Assembly (NCBI GenBank): GCA_964593835.1
Contig: CAZQIQ010000001.1
Span: 123,464-187,463, forward strand
Source: an uncultured Chitinophagaceae bacterium
GTDB lineage: Bacteria > Bacteroidota > Bacteroidia > Chitinophagales > Chitinophagaceae
Direction: 5' to 3'
Length of the DNA stretch: 64,000 nucleotides
A program made the translations under genes and the position numbers. The stretch's first letter is position 1. Every line of letters starts with the position of its first letter. The notes under the pieces were generated by a model that was not told where the DNA came from, ran no database searches, and worked only from the letters and a program-made list of their open reading frames with translations. Below, piece after piece: positions 20,630 through 30,914 of the stretch.

Positions 20630-20869
20630 TTATCTGCTTAAATTAATTTTTTTCACCTCGGCTCCATCTTCTTTTAATAGTCTAAGTAGCATAGTGCCTG
20701 AGGCTTTATTATTAAGGTGTATGTTTTCTCTGTGAAGCCCCTGACCCACTACCTGCTGCTGATAGATAATTCTTCCCTGCATATCAATTATGCTTAAGGT
20801 TGATTTCTTAACTTTTTACAGATTAAAGACAGACTGAAATATACTATTAATTGGATTAGGATATACAGA
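20630..20869 (-). pseudogene. orphan T9SS C-terminal sorting domain remnant
   Basis: Minus strand translates to SVYPNPINSIFQSVFNL*KVKKSTLSIIDMQGRIIYQQQVVGQGLHRENIHLNNKASGTMLLRLLKEDGAEVKKINLSR*. This is the T9SS CTD pattern with an in-frame TAA (20816-20818), stops immediately upstream, and no passenger domain. Confidence 0.6.
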
Positions 20870-21197
20870 AATATTTTATCAGTATTTATTTAAACAGAAT
20901 CAAAATATAATATAGCAGCACTCAAATTTGATATACATATTCTACCCTGACGATAGCTGTCTCTGCCTGTTCTTTGTATACTTAATGCATTTTTACATGC
21001 AGCCGGATTAACTGTAAATATTTGTTCTGCTAGCGCAATATATTACTGAATAATACGTAATGATTCTTGGATACTCTTATATATAAAAGAAAAAAATCTG
21101 CAAGCATAAATGTGCTTTTATCTGTTTCAATTATTTTTATTTAACGACAACCTGAATTAGGTTCCGATTTATAGTAATTATCATTATTTTCACCATA

Positions 21198-22196
21198 ATG
21201 AAAAAAATTCAATTCTTTGCCACCAAGCCTTACGATAAAGTTTTTTTTGAGAAGCATAATGCTAATTATGGTTTTGAGTTAGAATATTTTGAAACACATC
21301 TCGGACCTCATATAGTTCATGCTGTAAAGGAAGACACTTATGCTGTATGTGTTTTTGTAAACGATCATCTGACAGATGAAGTGATCAAAACACTCGCTAA
21401 AAAGGGCGTTAAAATAATTGCACTTCGTTGTGCAGGTTTTAATAATGTAGATCTTGAATCTGCAAAAAAGAATGGCATACGTGTATGTCGTGTACCAGCA
21501 TATTCTCCTCAAGCTGTGGCAGAACATGCTGTTGCGATGTTACTAACACTAAACCGGAAAACACATAAGGCATATAACCGTGTGCGAGAACAAAACTTTT
21601 CTCTAAATGGTTTATTAGGTTTTAATCTATATAAAAAAACGGTTGGCGTAATTGGCACTGGTAAAATAGGAAAAGCGTTCTGCCATATTATGGCTGGTTT
21701 TGGATGTACAGTATTAGCTTATGATCCGTTTCCTGACAAAACAATCAAAAATGTACAATATCTACCTTTTGAAGAAGTACTTCGCAAAGCCGATATCCTG
21801 TCACTTCATTGCCCACTTACCCCTGAAAATCGTTATTTAATCAACAGTGCAAGTATGCAATTACTGAAAAAAGGTGTAACACTTATCAATACCAGTCGCG
21901 GTGGATTAGTAAATACCAGAGATGTAATCGAAGGATTAAAAACAGGACAAATCGGATATCTCGGCATTGATGTGTACGAGCAAGAGGAAAAACTTTTCTT
22001 TAAAGATTTATCAGCCAGCATTATTGAAGATGATATGATACAACGGTTAATGAGTTTTCCTAACGTCCTGGTAACAGGTCATCAGGCATTTTTTACAGAA
22101 GAAGCATTATCGGAAATCAGTGAGCAAACACTTCAAAATATCTATCAATTGAGTAAAGGGAATGAAGAAGTAGATGAATCAGCAATATTGATATAG
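21198..22196 (+). CDS. ldhA: D-lactate dehydrogenase (2-hydroxyacid dehydrogenase family)
   Basis: Collinear, high by-eye identity to E. coli LdhA. Examples: ALRCAGFNNVDL, VPAYSPQAVAEHAV, GVIGTGKIG, LHCPLTPEN, TSRGGL, GHQAFFT. Confidence 0.9.
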   Translation: MKKIQFFATKPYDKVFFEKHNANYGFELEYFETHLGPHIVHAVKEDTYAVCVFVNDHLTDEVIKTLAKKGVKIIALRCAGFNNVDLESAKKNGIRVCRVPAYSPQAVAEHAVAMLLTLNRKTHKAYNRVREQNFSLNGLLGFNLYKKTVGVIGTGKIGKAFCHIMAGFGCTVLAYDPFPDKTIKNVQYLPFEEVLRKADILSLHCPLTPENRYLINSASMQLLKKGVTLINTSRGGLVNTRDVIEGLKTGQIGYLGIDVYEQEEKLFFKDLSASIIEDDMIQRLMSFPNVLVTGHQAFFTEEALSEISEQTLQNIYQLSKGNEEVDESAILI

Positions 22197-22316
22197 AATT
22201 ATCTATACTTTTTTATTCTGCTTTCAGAAATTAACATTCTCTATAATTTAATTTTTATAAAAAAAACTCCTCCTACATCTATATTTGATTCATTAAAGAA
22301 CCTGAATCTCTAAAAA

Positions 22317-22347
22317 CAAAAAGAGGATAACCTACACCCTCTTTTTA
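22317..22347. terminator. degenerate member of the ACACCCTCTTTT hairpin family between convergent ldhA and AI-2E genes
   Basis: AAAAAGAGG-ataacctacac-CCTCTTTTT retains the 3' arm ACACCCTCTTTTT. Confidence 0.4.
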
Positions 22348-22416
22348 TATAATATACAATTTGGCTATTTTAATTTACGTCTCCATATACTGCACCAAAA
22401 CATTTTAACACTTCCT

Positions 22417-23568
22417 CTATTCTTTTGTTGTATCAGGCTCTTCAATATCATTAGCTTTCTTGATTTCATCCTGCACTTTCGCAGAATCTTTTCGGTATTT
22501 TCGTCTGTAAAAAGGACTACGAGTAGGTCGTTCATCACCAAATAATACTCCCCACTGACGAAGATTATTAGATCGGTCAAATATTATTTTAAGGATAGCT
22601 ATTGTTGGCAAAGACAAGAACATACCTGATATTCCTGCCAATACTCCACCTGTTATTACAGCCACAATACTTGCGAGTGCATTGATCCGTATTTTAGAGC
22701 CCACAATCTTAGGCATCAGAATATTATTATCCAGAAACTGAACTACAGCAATAGAGACCAATACAATCAATATTGGTGATAATTCATTAGATGACGTCAA
22801 TGTTAATAATACACCAATGATATTACCCAGTAATGCCCCTACATAAGGTATCAGATTAAGAATGGCGAAAATAATACCGATTAAAATAGCGTGCTTGATA
22901 CCAAACAACATTAATATACCTCCAAGCAGTATGGTAATATATCCTATCTGAATGAGTAATCCACCTATATAACTTTTAATGATGACCTGAGTTTCCTGTA
23001 CAGTTTCCTTAACCCTCTGGTGATCTGGTTCTTTAAACCACATAAATACAAAACGCAACAATAGGTTACGATAAAACAGCAAAAGGAATATATAGATAGG
23101 TACTAATCCGAAAAAAATAAATATTGCTGTAAGAGATGACATAAACCCTCCTAAATAACCACCGGCAAAATTGACAAGCTTCTCACTTTGCTGATTCAAC
23201 AGATCCAACTGTTTCTGAGTCGAAACATTTGTTTTACTGCTAATCCAGTCACTTAAATGTTGTAGATGAATAGCCACATTTTCGCGAAGTGTAGGGAAGT
23301 CTTCGATCAATTTCGAAAATTGTGAAGATATGAACCAGACCAATAATCCCATTCCCGTGAATAGCACTATAAGGACTATAGCAATAGCGAGTATTTCCGG
23401 AACTTTCTTATTAACCAACCACCTGAATATAGGATAGACGAGAATAGTCAGAAAAAATGCTAAAAGTAAGGGGGCTAAAATATCAGCTGCATAGATAATG
23501 AAAAGAAAAACTATGGCGAGACCAAGAATTTCAATTGATCTGCGAACGGTTAAAGGTAATGTTTGCAA
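22417..23568 (-). CDS. AI-2E family transporter (PerM/YhhT-like permease)
   Basis: Multi-TM protein with the conserved ...FLDNNILMPKIVGSKIRINALASIV... block. TTG start as given in the ORF track. Confidence 0.8.
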   Translation of the reverse strand: MQTLPLTVRRSIEILGLAIVFLFIIYAADILAPLLLAFFLTILVYPIFRWLVNKKVPEILAIAIVLIVLFTGMGLLVWFISSQFSKLIEDFPTLRENVAIHLQHLSDWISSKTNVSTQKQLDLLNQQSEKLVNFAGGYLGGFMSSLTAIFIFFGLVPIYIFLLLFYRNLLLRFVFMWFKEPDHQRVKETVQETQVIIKSYIGGLLIQIGYITILLGGILMLFGIKHAILIGIIFAILNLIPYVGALLGNIIGVLLTLTSSNELSPILIVLVSIAVVQFLDNNILMPKIVGSKIRINALASIVAVITGGVLAGISGMFLSLPTIAILKIIFDRSNNLRQWGVLFGDERPTRSPFYRRKYRKDSAKVQDEIKKANDIEEPDTTKE

Positions 23569-23767
23569 GGTTTTTCAGATTTCAAATTCAAAATCTATGC
23601 CATGGGGAAACCATACTGTTTTACATTTCTAACTGACCCAGTTCCGCAAAAATCGATATTGTTTTACATCAATAAATCTTTAAGTCAAACCGATGAGCCT
23701 GCTTATCATTTAAAAGTAAGATAGCCCACTTACTGAATTATTTGCACCATCATCCAGGTCACAGTTA

Positions 23768-24010
23768 TTTCTATATGCTTTTCCTGAAAGTATGCCCTTA
23801 ACAATATACTGTTCGCCAGCTCTCCCTCTGATGTACACCAGAAGTAATATTTGCACTTGAACCTAAAGTGCTGCATTCATTCAGATGCTTATTCCTTAAT
23901 ACTTTTCCTGAAAATGCGCCCTTAATAATATACTGTTCGCCAGCTCTCCCTCTGATGTACACCAGAAGTAATATTTGCACTTGCACCTTAAGCTTTACAC
24001 TTATGAAGAT
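23768..24010. repeat. two-copy tandem direct repeat, period 124 bp
   Basis: Copy A starts at 23768 and copy B at 23892. The 57-bp core AATATACTGTTCGCCAGCTCTCCCTCTGATGTACACCAGAAGTAATATTTGCACTTG is identical in both, and the flanks are diverged. Confidence 0.85.
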
Positions 24011-24502
24011 GCTTATTATCATCGTAGTGATAAATCATTAAGATAATATGCAGTTGATGAATAGTTTAGTTTAAATTTCCATTTCCCATAAAAAACAAAA
24101 ACATTGCGATTGGTAAATCTGTAATTTATTATCAAGACAACCTTAGGATCATTCAATCACTATATCATACTTGAATTTAAACAACTATACTATCTTTTTT
24201 TTCGACATTTTTGCGTGTTTTCGCCGGTATCTATCATTGTGCAATATTCATCATCCTCGCGGATGATTTATTCTTCTCTTTTTTTGAGCAGGATAGAACA
24301 TTTTAATAATGTAAAAGGAAAATCATCTTATGTTATTTCATAAGATTGTCCATTAAGACTGAAAATATATTTTCAAGTAAGCATTACTGTTGATATAGAA
24401 AAAATTAAGCCTCCCTGAATTATCTACTATTTATAAAAAAGGTTTATATATTGTTATATATTGTATGAACATTTTATTACCCATTTAATTAACCCACCAT
24501 CC

Positions 24503-24961
24503 ATGGAGCAAGAATCAGCTTTATCCCCCTATGTACAGACAATATTGTTACTAATATTTCTCCTGCCTTTATTTTTGTTCCTGCTGACTCAGCAAAATCT
24601 TTTAAAAAATATAAGACCTCAGAACCGCACGCTTAATCCGGGAAAAGTATGGCTGCAGCTTATACCCGGATTTGGACTCGTGTATCAGTTTATTGTTATC
24701 CGGCAAATAGCCAATTCAATCTATCGGGAATTTGTCGATCCAATCGAAGAAGACTCAATATTATCAGCATACGAAGACATACCTGACAATCCTACCTACC
24801 GATTAGGCCTTAATTTTACAATTTTATTTTTAATATCATTATTCCCTATACCACTGCTTAAAACCGTAGTTTCAATTGGTGCATTGATCATGTGGATATG
24901 GTACTGGGCAGTATTAGTCCGTTATAATAAGAAGATACGCCAACGTTTAGCTGGTTTATAA
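24503..24961 (+). CDS. hypothetical multi-TM membrane protein
   Basis: ORF 24461..24961, with ATG at 24503 (MEQESALSPY). About four hydrophobic segments. No family recognised. Confidence 0.5.
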   Translation: MEQESALSPYVQTILLLIFLLPLFLFLLTQQNLLKNIRPQNRTLNPGKVWLQLIPGFGLVYQFIVIRQIANSIYREFVDPIEEDSILSAYEDIPDNPTYRLGLNFTILFLISLFPIPLLKTVVSIGALIMWIWYWAVLVRYNKKIRQRLAGL

Positions 24962-25078
24962 GATTAAGTCCAAAATCTACAGGATTATCATTCTGTTCAA
25001 AACGTACAAAAAACTCAACACTTTGCCCATTCGTCAAATACAAACATTTACTGCATATAATAAATCGGAATAGTTACA

Positions 25079-26320
25079 CTAGGCCAACTGAACATTATCT
25101 TTTGCACTGTCTGTCACAACAGGTTTAGTAATACAGGCAAGAATAAATGCAACTGCAAGCAGACCTGCAGAAATCTGATAGGCCAGATCGTATGTACCTG
25201 TTTTATCAACTGTTATCCCTGCTATGATTGGACCTATCGCTCCACTTACCCCCCACGCAGTGTACAATACACCGTAGTTTCCACCGAAGTTTTTAACGCC
25301 GTAATAGTCTGCAGTAATAGAAGGAAAAAGACTTAGCAAACCTCCATATCCTATACCTGCAAGCGCAGTACCGACGGATATTGCGAGCGGAGTATTATAA
25401 GAAGCAAATAAAAACATATTAATCCCCTGCAAAGCAAATATGATCATAAAAGTATACACACGACCAATCTTATCCGATAAAAATCCCATAGCCAGTCGTC
25501 CGCATGCATTAAATATTGCCAAAACAGCCACCAGATAAAACCCTTTCTCCATACCAGCCTGTGACTTTGCAATAGTCGCGATATTGCCAATGATCATTAA
25601 TCCGGCAGAAGACGCAAATGCAAACATGATCCATAAATAATAAAACTGAGGAGTTTTGACCATTTGTTTCCACCCCATATTATCAGCCATCTGATTAGCG
25701 GAAGCTATACTAGAAGAAGACGAAGGCTGCGGTGGTATATATCCTTCAGGAGGATTATTAATAAGTCGTGCTACAGGCAATGCCACGACAAGCATAAAAA
25801 TTCCTAATAGAATAAAAGTAGATGATATTCCAAAATGGGAGAGCAACAGACTGGTTAATGGGGCAATATAGATAGAAGCCACTCCCATACCACTAACTAC
25901 TATACCCGCCACCATTCCTTTTTTAGAAGGATGAAACCATTTTAACGCAGGAGGTGTTACTGAAGAATAGGCAAATCCAATTCCTGTTCCCGCTAATAAT
26001 CCGAATGTAATCATCAACGGAAATACACTATGAATCAGACCCGACAATACCATACCCAGTGAGGTGAGTATTACTCCTGCAGTTATCACTTTTCGGGGAC
26101 CAATTTTATCCTGCAAACGACCTGCAAAAAGAAGCGCGACTGCCCATACTACAATAGCAGTGGTATATGGCAGAGAAGCATCGCTGTTTGTCCAGCCCCA
26201 CTCTTCCACAAGCGCTTTTTTAATAACACTCCACGAATAAAGAATACCTAATAATAGATTAATACATAATCCTGCAATAACAACTTTCCAGCCATTTTGG
26301 GGTTTTGCCTGTACCTGCAT
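25079..26320 (-). CDS. MFS transporter, oxalate/formate antiporter (OFA)-like
   Basis: 12-TM layout, GRLQDKIGPRKV loop motif, and a central hydrophilic loop. Confidence 0.85.
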   Translation of the reverse strand: MQVQAKPQNGWKVVIAGLCINLLLGILYSWSVIKKALVEEWGWTNSDASLPYTTAIVVWAVALLFAGRLQDKIGPRKVITAGVILTSLGMVLSGLIHSVFPLMITFGLLAGTGIGFAYSSVTPPALKWFHPSKKGMVAGIVVSGMGVASIYIAPLTSLLLSHFGISSTFILLGIFMLVVALPVARLINNPPEGYIPPQPSSSSSIASANQMADNMGWKQMVKTPQFYYLWIMFAFASSAGLMIIGNIATIAKSQAGMEKGFYLVAVLAIFNACGRLAMGFLSDKIGRVYTFMIIFALQGINMFLFASYNTPLAISVGTALAGIGYGGLLSLFPSITADYYGVKNFGGNYGVLYTAWGVSGAIGPIIAGITVDKTGTYDLAYQISAGLLAVAFILACITKPVVTDSAKDNVQLA

Positions 26321-26707
26321 ATGAACACTTAGTTTTGGTGATTAGTGACCATATGGCAAAGTCATTATTATTGTTACTATCTGAATAGTAGAATAACAAA
26401 TATATTACATTCCGATTAGTAACAATATTCCTAACGTAAATTGTTTTGTGTTAAATAAACTGCTTTAAATCAGTTTGTAATTATTCGGACCAGGCTTTGG
26501 GATATTGATTTAAAGATGTGACCATTTTAGTCGCTACCCCATAATCTACAGGTTTAATAATAGAGAGATTAAACAATCCTGATCATCAGAACAAAAACGT
26601 ACATTTTCAGATATTAACTATCTCAAATAATTGCACTCAATAGATTGCATGTCCATTGTATTCCCCCTGAAAAGCTTTCTCAAAATATCTAAGGTTCCGA
26701 GTATTCG

Positions 26708-28246
26708 TTATTTTTTATCAATTATCACACGATAATAAGGGTCTTCAATCACATTCACATCTATAACAGCGGAAGCATTTGCCAATAGATTTCTGCAATC
26801 CTCGCTAAGATGACGTAACCGTAATTTTTTTCCGGCTTTCTGATAGCGGTCTGTTAATTTGTTTAAAGCATCAATAGCACTCATATCAACTATTCTGCTT
26901 TCTTTAAAATCAATAATTATTTCGGAAGGATCATTCTGAATGTCAAATTTTTCCAGAAAAGCGCTTACAGATGCAAAGAATAAAGGACCATAAATTTCGT
27001 AATGCTTGGTGCCATTATCATCTATATATTTTTTAGCACGTATTCTTTTGGCGCTTTCCCAGGCAAATACCAGAGCAGAAATAATCACCCCGATTAATAC
27101 GGCCAGCGCAAGGTTGTGTAACCAGATAGTAATAAGCGCTACAAGTATACCAACAAAAATATCCTTTCCCGGCATCTTATTAACAATCCTAAAACTCATC
27201 CATTCGAAAGTGCCAATTGAAACCATTATCATCACTCCCACTAAAGCAGCCATAGGCACACGCTCTATAATAGGCGCACCAAACAATATTATAAGCAGTA
27301 TTGTTATTGAAGCAATAATAGCCGAAAGCCGGGCTCTTGAACCAGCAGACAGGTTTACAAAAGTTTGTGCAATCATAGCGCAGCCACCCATTCCGGTAAA
27401 AAATCCATTTAAGACATTGGCGCTACCCTGAGCTACACACTCTTTATTTCCTCTGCCACGATTGCCGGTTATTTCATCAACAACATTTAATGTCAGCAAA
27501 CTTTCTATTAATCCCACACCAGCCATTACCAAGGAATATGGGAATATCACCTTTAGCATTTCCATATTAAATGGAACGGAAGGAATATGAAATGGGGGAA
27601 ATCCACCGCTGATCGATGCTATATCCTTTACTGTTTTTGTATCTATTCCAAAGCCGCTCACAATCGCAAAAACCACAACAATTGCCACCAGTGAAGCGGG
27701 TATCGTTTTCGTGACCTTGGGAAATAACAACACAATAATCACTGTGAGAATAACAAGCGCAAGCATGGTCCATAATGCCACTCCGCTTAACCATTCTGTG
27801 CCTGCTTCGGTAGTGATGGTAAATTGCTTTATCTGAGCCATGAATATAATAACAGCAAGGCCATTCACAAACCCATACATAACCGGTTGCGGCACGAGAC
27901 GAATAAACTTTCCTAGTCTGCATACTCCAACAATAATCTGTAACACTCCGGCAAGAGCTACTGCAGCAAAAACATATTCTACCCCATGCGATTGCATTAA
28001 TGCAATCAAAACAACAACTGTGGCACCGGCTCCTCCTGAAACCATACCGGGACGACCACCTAATATAGCAGTAACAAGCCCCATAATGAATGCTGCGTAC
28101 AAACCCGTAAGTGGTGAAAGACCTGCCAATATCGCAAAGGAAAGCGATTCAGGAATCATGGTCATGGCTACGGTTAGCCCTGCCAGAAGCTCCGTTTTAT
28201 AATTCACTTTTTGCTTGAAGTCAAATAAGTTAAAATATGACCTCAT
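26708..28246 (-). CDS. SulP family inorganic anion transporter with C-terminal STAS domain
   Basis: LLAGLTVAMTMIPESLSFAILAGL... SulP signature. The C-terminal STAS-like region reads DMSAIDALNKL... Confidence 0.9.
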   Translation of the reverse strand: MRSYFNLFDFKQKVNYKTELLAGLTVAMTMIPESLSFAILAGLSPLTGLYAAFIMGLVTAILGGRPGMVSGGAGATVVVLIALMQSHGVEYVFAAVALAGVLQIIVGVCRLGKFIRLVPQPVMYGFVNGLAVIIFMAQIKQFTITTEAGTEWLSGVALWTMLALVILTVIIVLLFPKVTKTIPASLVAIVVVFAIVSGFGIDTKTVKDIASISGGFPPFHIPSVPFNMEMLKVIFPYSLVMAGVGLIESLLTLNVVDEITGNRGRGNKECVAQGSANVLNGFFTGMGGCAMIAQTFVNLSAGSRARLSAIIASITILLIILFGAPIIERVPMAALVGVMIMVSIGTFEWMSFRIVNKMPGKDIFVGILVALITIWLHNLALAVLIGVIISALVFAWESAKRIRAKKYIDDNGTKHYEIYGPLFFASVSAFLEKFDIQNDPSEIIIDFKESRIVDMSAIDALNKLTDRYQKAGKKLRLRHLSEDCRNLLANASAVIDVNVIEDPYYRVIIDKK

Positions 28247-28731
28247 ATACTATTAAATGTTTTCATCCCGGACGAAGATAACTCAAGGATTAGAAAGGCA
28301 GGAAAATACTGACACTATTCAAGTCTGATTTAACTGATCAATGATGACTCAAGTATAGGAATATCAATCATTACTTAATAGTACGTCTAAAAATCACTTC
28401 TTTTTTAATTTTAAAAGGCGACCCTATTGTAGTATTATTTATATTCTTCAAATTATTTCGCTGCTAAAAAATCACACAACGTTTTATTTAAATAATTTTT
28501 ATATCAAAATAAAGGAGTTTGCTGAATGCTTAATGGTAACACTTAATAATAACTTCTATACAATCCAATAAATTTATTATAGCAGAGAATAGTATAATAG
28601 TTCTTTTAATAGCAGCAATCACTGCTCCGGATAAATTTTAATCTATCTATAATATAATACGCTAAAGCAGTAGTAAACCCCTCATTTAAAACAAAAAAAT
28701 GTTTAAAAATCAGGCAGAGATCAACAGCTCT

Positions 28732-29697
28732 TTATAACCCCACCATACTATTCTTTTCGGGATCCCACACTTTTAACCGCAAACAGGCAATGATATCCCT
28801 GGGATGAAGAGAAGTGGTTTTGGCCTTATTTAATTCAGGAAAATGCTTCATTATTTCCGGCAGACGATAGAAAGGTATTTTAGCATTCAAATGATGAATA
28901 TGATGATACCCTATGTTAGCCGTAAACCAATTCATCAAAGGGTTCATGACCATAAAACTTGACGACTCAAGAGCTGCTTTATCATAAGCCCAGTCCTCAT
29001 TACAATGAAACACCACTCCGGGAAAATTGTGTTGGGCATAAAATAGATATGAGCCAAGAGCAAACGCTAACAAGAAAGGAACAAAAAAAAGCAATAACCA
29101 GGTTACCCATCCCAGATAAATAAATATAAATACTGAAGCCGTAATATGTAGTATCAGGGCTATCAGAGAATCAAAATGTCTTTTGGGGCTACTAAAAAAA
29201 GAAGCCGTACACATCCCGAAAAGAAACATGGTAAAATATCCTAAGCTGATTGTCAGGGGATGTCTTATGGCCAGATATTGAAATTTTTCATTAGCGGTCA
29301 TTGCATTAAACTTTTGCTTAGTGGCAATGGGAAAAGAACCAATACTGGCACTAAACAACTTTGAATTATGCTTATGGTGATGATCATGCGACCTTTTCCA
29401 TATGCTGGCAGGCGCCAGCATATATATACCAAAAGCCGTCATGATGAGTTCTGCTGTCTTTGATTTTGTTAAGATTGTATGATGCTGGTAATCGTGATAG
29501 ATTACAAACATTCTGATCAATAGTAATCCACTTGTAATGCTCAAAAGGATCCTGACTCCAAGCCAGGGTATAAAAATGGTTCCCAGTAAACTGGAAATAA
29601 GTAAACCTAATGTTGACAAAGTGCATACCCAACTCCTTACCCTGTTTTCTTTCGCAAAAGGTCTGGTTGCCAATATCAGATCTTTACCACACAACAT
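28732..29697 (-). CDS. membrane fatty-acid desaturase
   Basis: Three histidine boxes: HDYQHH, HDHHHKH and HHIHHLN. The ATG at 29697 sits 1 nt after the stop of the upstream acyltransferase gene. Confidence 0.85.
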   Translation of the reverse strand: MLCGKDLILATRPFAKENRVRSWVCTLSTLGLLISSLLGTIFIPWLGVRILLSITSGLLLIRMFVIYHDYQHHTILTKSKTAELIMTAFGIYMLAPASIWKRSHDHHHKHNSKLFSASIGSFPIATKQKFNAMTANEKFQYLAIRHPLTISLGYFTMFLFGMCTASFFSSPKRHFDSLIALILHITASVFIFIYLGWVTWLLLFFVPFLLAFALGSYLFYAQHNFPGVVFHCNEDWAYDKAALESSSFMVMNPLMNWFTANIGYHHIHHLNAKIPFYRLPEIMKHFPELNKAKTTSLHPRDIIACLRLKVWDPEKNSMVGL

Positions 29698-29698
29698 A

Positions 29699-30592
29699 TT
29701 ATTCAAATTTATTGTTTGTATTCACTGGTCGCGCATGTTTCCAACGTCTGTGCGTCCAAAGCCATAGGTCAGGTTGTTCAGCGATATCTGCCGCCAATTT
29801 ATTAGTGTGGGCTTTAGTTATATCGCCTTCGCTGATTGACTGATAAGGTGGAGTCATCAGGGTTTCGGCGCTCAGCACATAATAACCTCTTTTTACTTTA
29901 TGTATAGACACGTATACGACAGGATAATTAAGTTTTTGAGCTATTTTTTCCGTTCCCAAAAATACAGGTGTTTCCTGATTCATAAAAGTCATCCAGTAAG
30001 CCGTACCGGGATCAGGTGTCTGGTCAGCAATAAAAGCAGTAGCATTCAGCTCTGTCCTGTTCTGAACCATGCTCCTGAAAGTATCTTTCATGGCAATCAG
30101 CTTTGTACCAAACCTCGTCCTCATTTTGATGACAAGTTTATTAAAGTACGGATGACTGAGAGGATGATAGATAACATACAACTGGTGCTCACAAAGAAGG
30201 CTAAAGGTATTCCCTGCCCACTCCCAATTTCCCCTGTGCCCCAGCACAATAATTACACTTTTATTATCTTCTGCATACTCGCGGAACAGTTCAAGTGCTT
30301 TATCATCCATACTACAATGCTTAAGCATTACAGATGGGCTTATCGTTAACGTTTTAAAGGTTTCCAGAAACAGATCACAGAAATACCTGTAAAAATTTTT
30401 ATGAATAACCCATATTTCCGCTTCCGATTTCTCTGGAAAAGATTTTCTCAGATTTGTATATACAACCTTCTTCCTATAACCTATAATATAGTACAATACC
30501 AGAAAAAAGAAATCTGACAGCCAATACAACACCCTAAACGGCAGAATAGACAGTAGATAAATAAAAGGTAGGGCTATATAATAGCTCAACAT
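29699..30592 (-). CDS. LpxL/HtrB-family lysophospholipid / lipid A acyltransferase
   Basis: N-terminal TM segment and a VLGHRGNWEW catalytic-type motif. Family size is about 300 aa. Confidence 0.8.
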   Translation of the reverse strand: MLSYYIALPFIYLLSILPFRVLYWLSDFFFLVLYYIIGYRKKVVYTNLRKSFPEKSEAEIWVIHKNFYRYFCDLFLETFKTLTISPSVMLKHCSMDDKALELFREYAEDNKSVIIVLGHRGNWEWAGNTFSLLCEHQLYVIYHPLSHPYFNKLVIKMRTRFGTKLIAMKDTFRSMVQNRTELNATAFIADQTPDPGTAYWMTFMNQETPVFLGTEKIAQKLNYPVVYVSIHKVKRGYYVLSAETLMTPPYQSISEGDITKAHTNKLAADIAEQPDLWLWTHRRWKHARPVNTNNKFE

Positions 30593-30914
30593 GCTTAGGG
30601 AATTGGTGTTGCGCTAAAGATAATGTTTATTTTTCTACGAAAATTACGTTTACCTTATTATAAAAACATTTGTTTTTTTACTGATATGTCTGGGAAACCA
30701 GTCTCACTCTCACGTCTATACACATTAAGAATATGCTTATCTGGCATTTTATTCTTAGAAATCTTACTATTATTTTGATACAGACTCTATAATGAACTGA
30801 CGTAAAAAAATCGGTCAGTCTCACCAGACATAGTTTAGCAGCTATGATCAGATAAACGCCGAATATTCCGATACGTTTACGAAAGGGGAATACTTAATAT
30901 TCAATGCTCTAATA

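Noticed and set aside
23768-24010. Tandem units as a tandem glycine riboswitch (minus strand contains CAGAGGGAGAG... and ...UUUCAGGAAAAG)
   Set aside because: The core ACCGAAGGGGCAA-type block is absent, the spacing does not fit, and the two units are simple sequence duplicates instead of two distinct aptamers.
27006-28202. Long plus-strand ORFs (27006..27431, 27840..28202) and a minus-strand ORF in an alternate frame (27567..27923), all inside the SulP gene
   Set aside because: They lie entirely inside a well-supported SulP CDS and have Ala/Pro/Ile/Thr- or Cys/Arg-rich shadow-frame composition with no motifs. They are typical frame artefacts.
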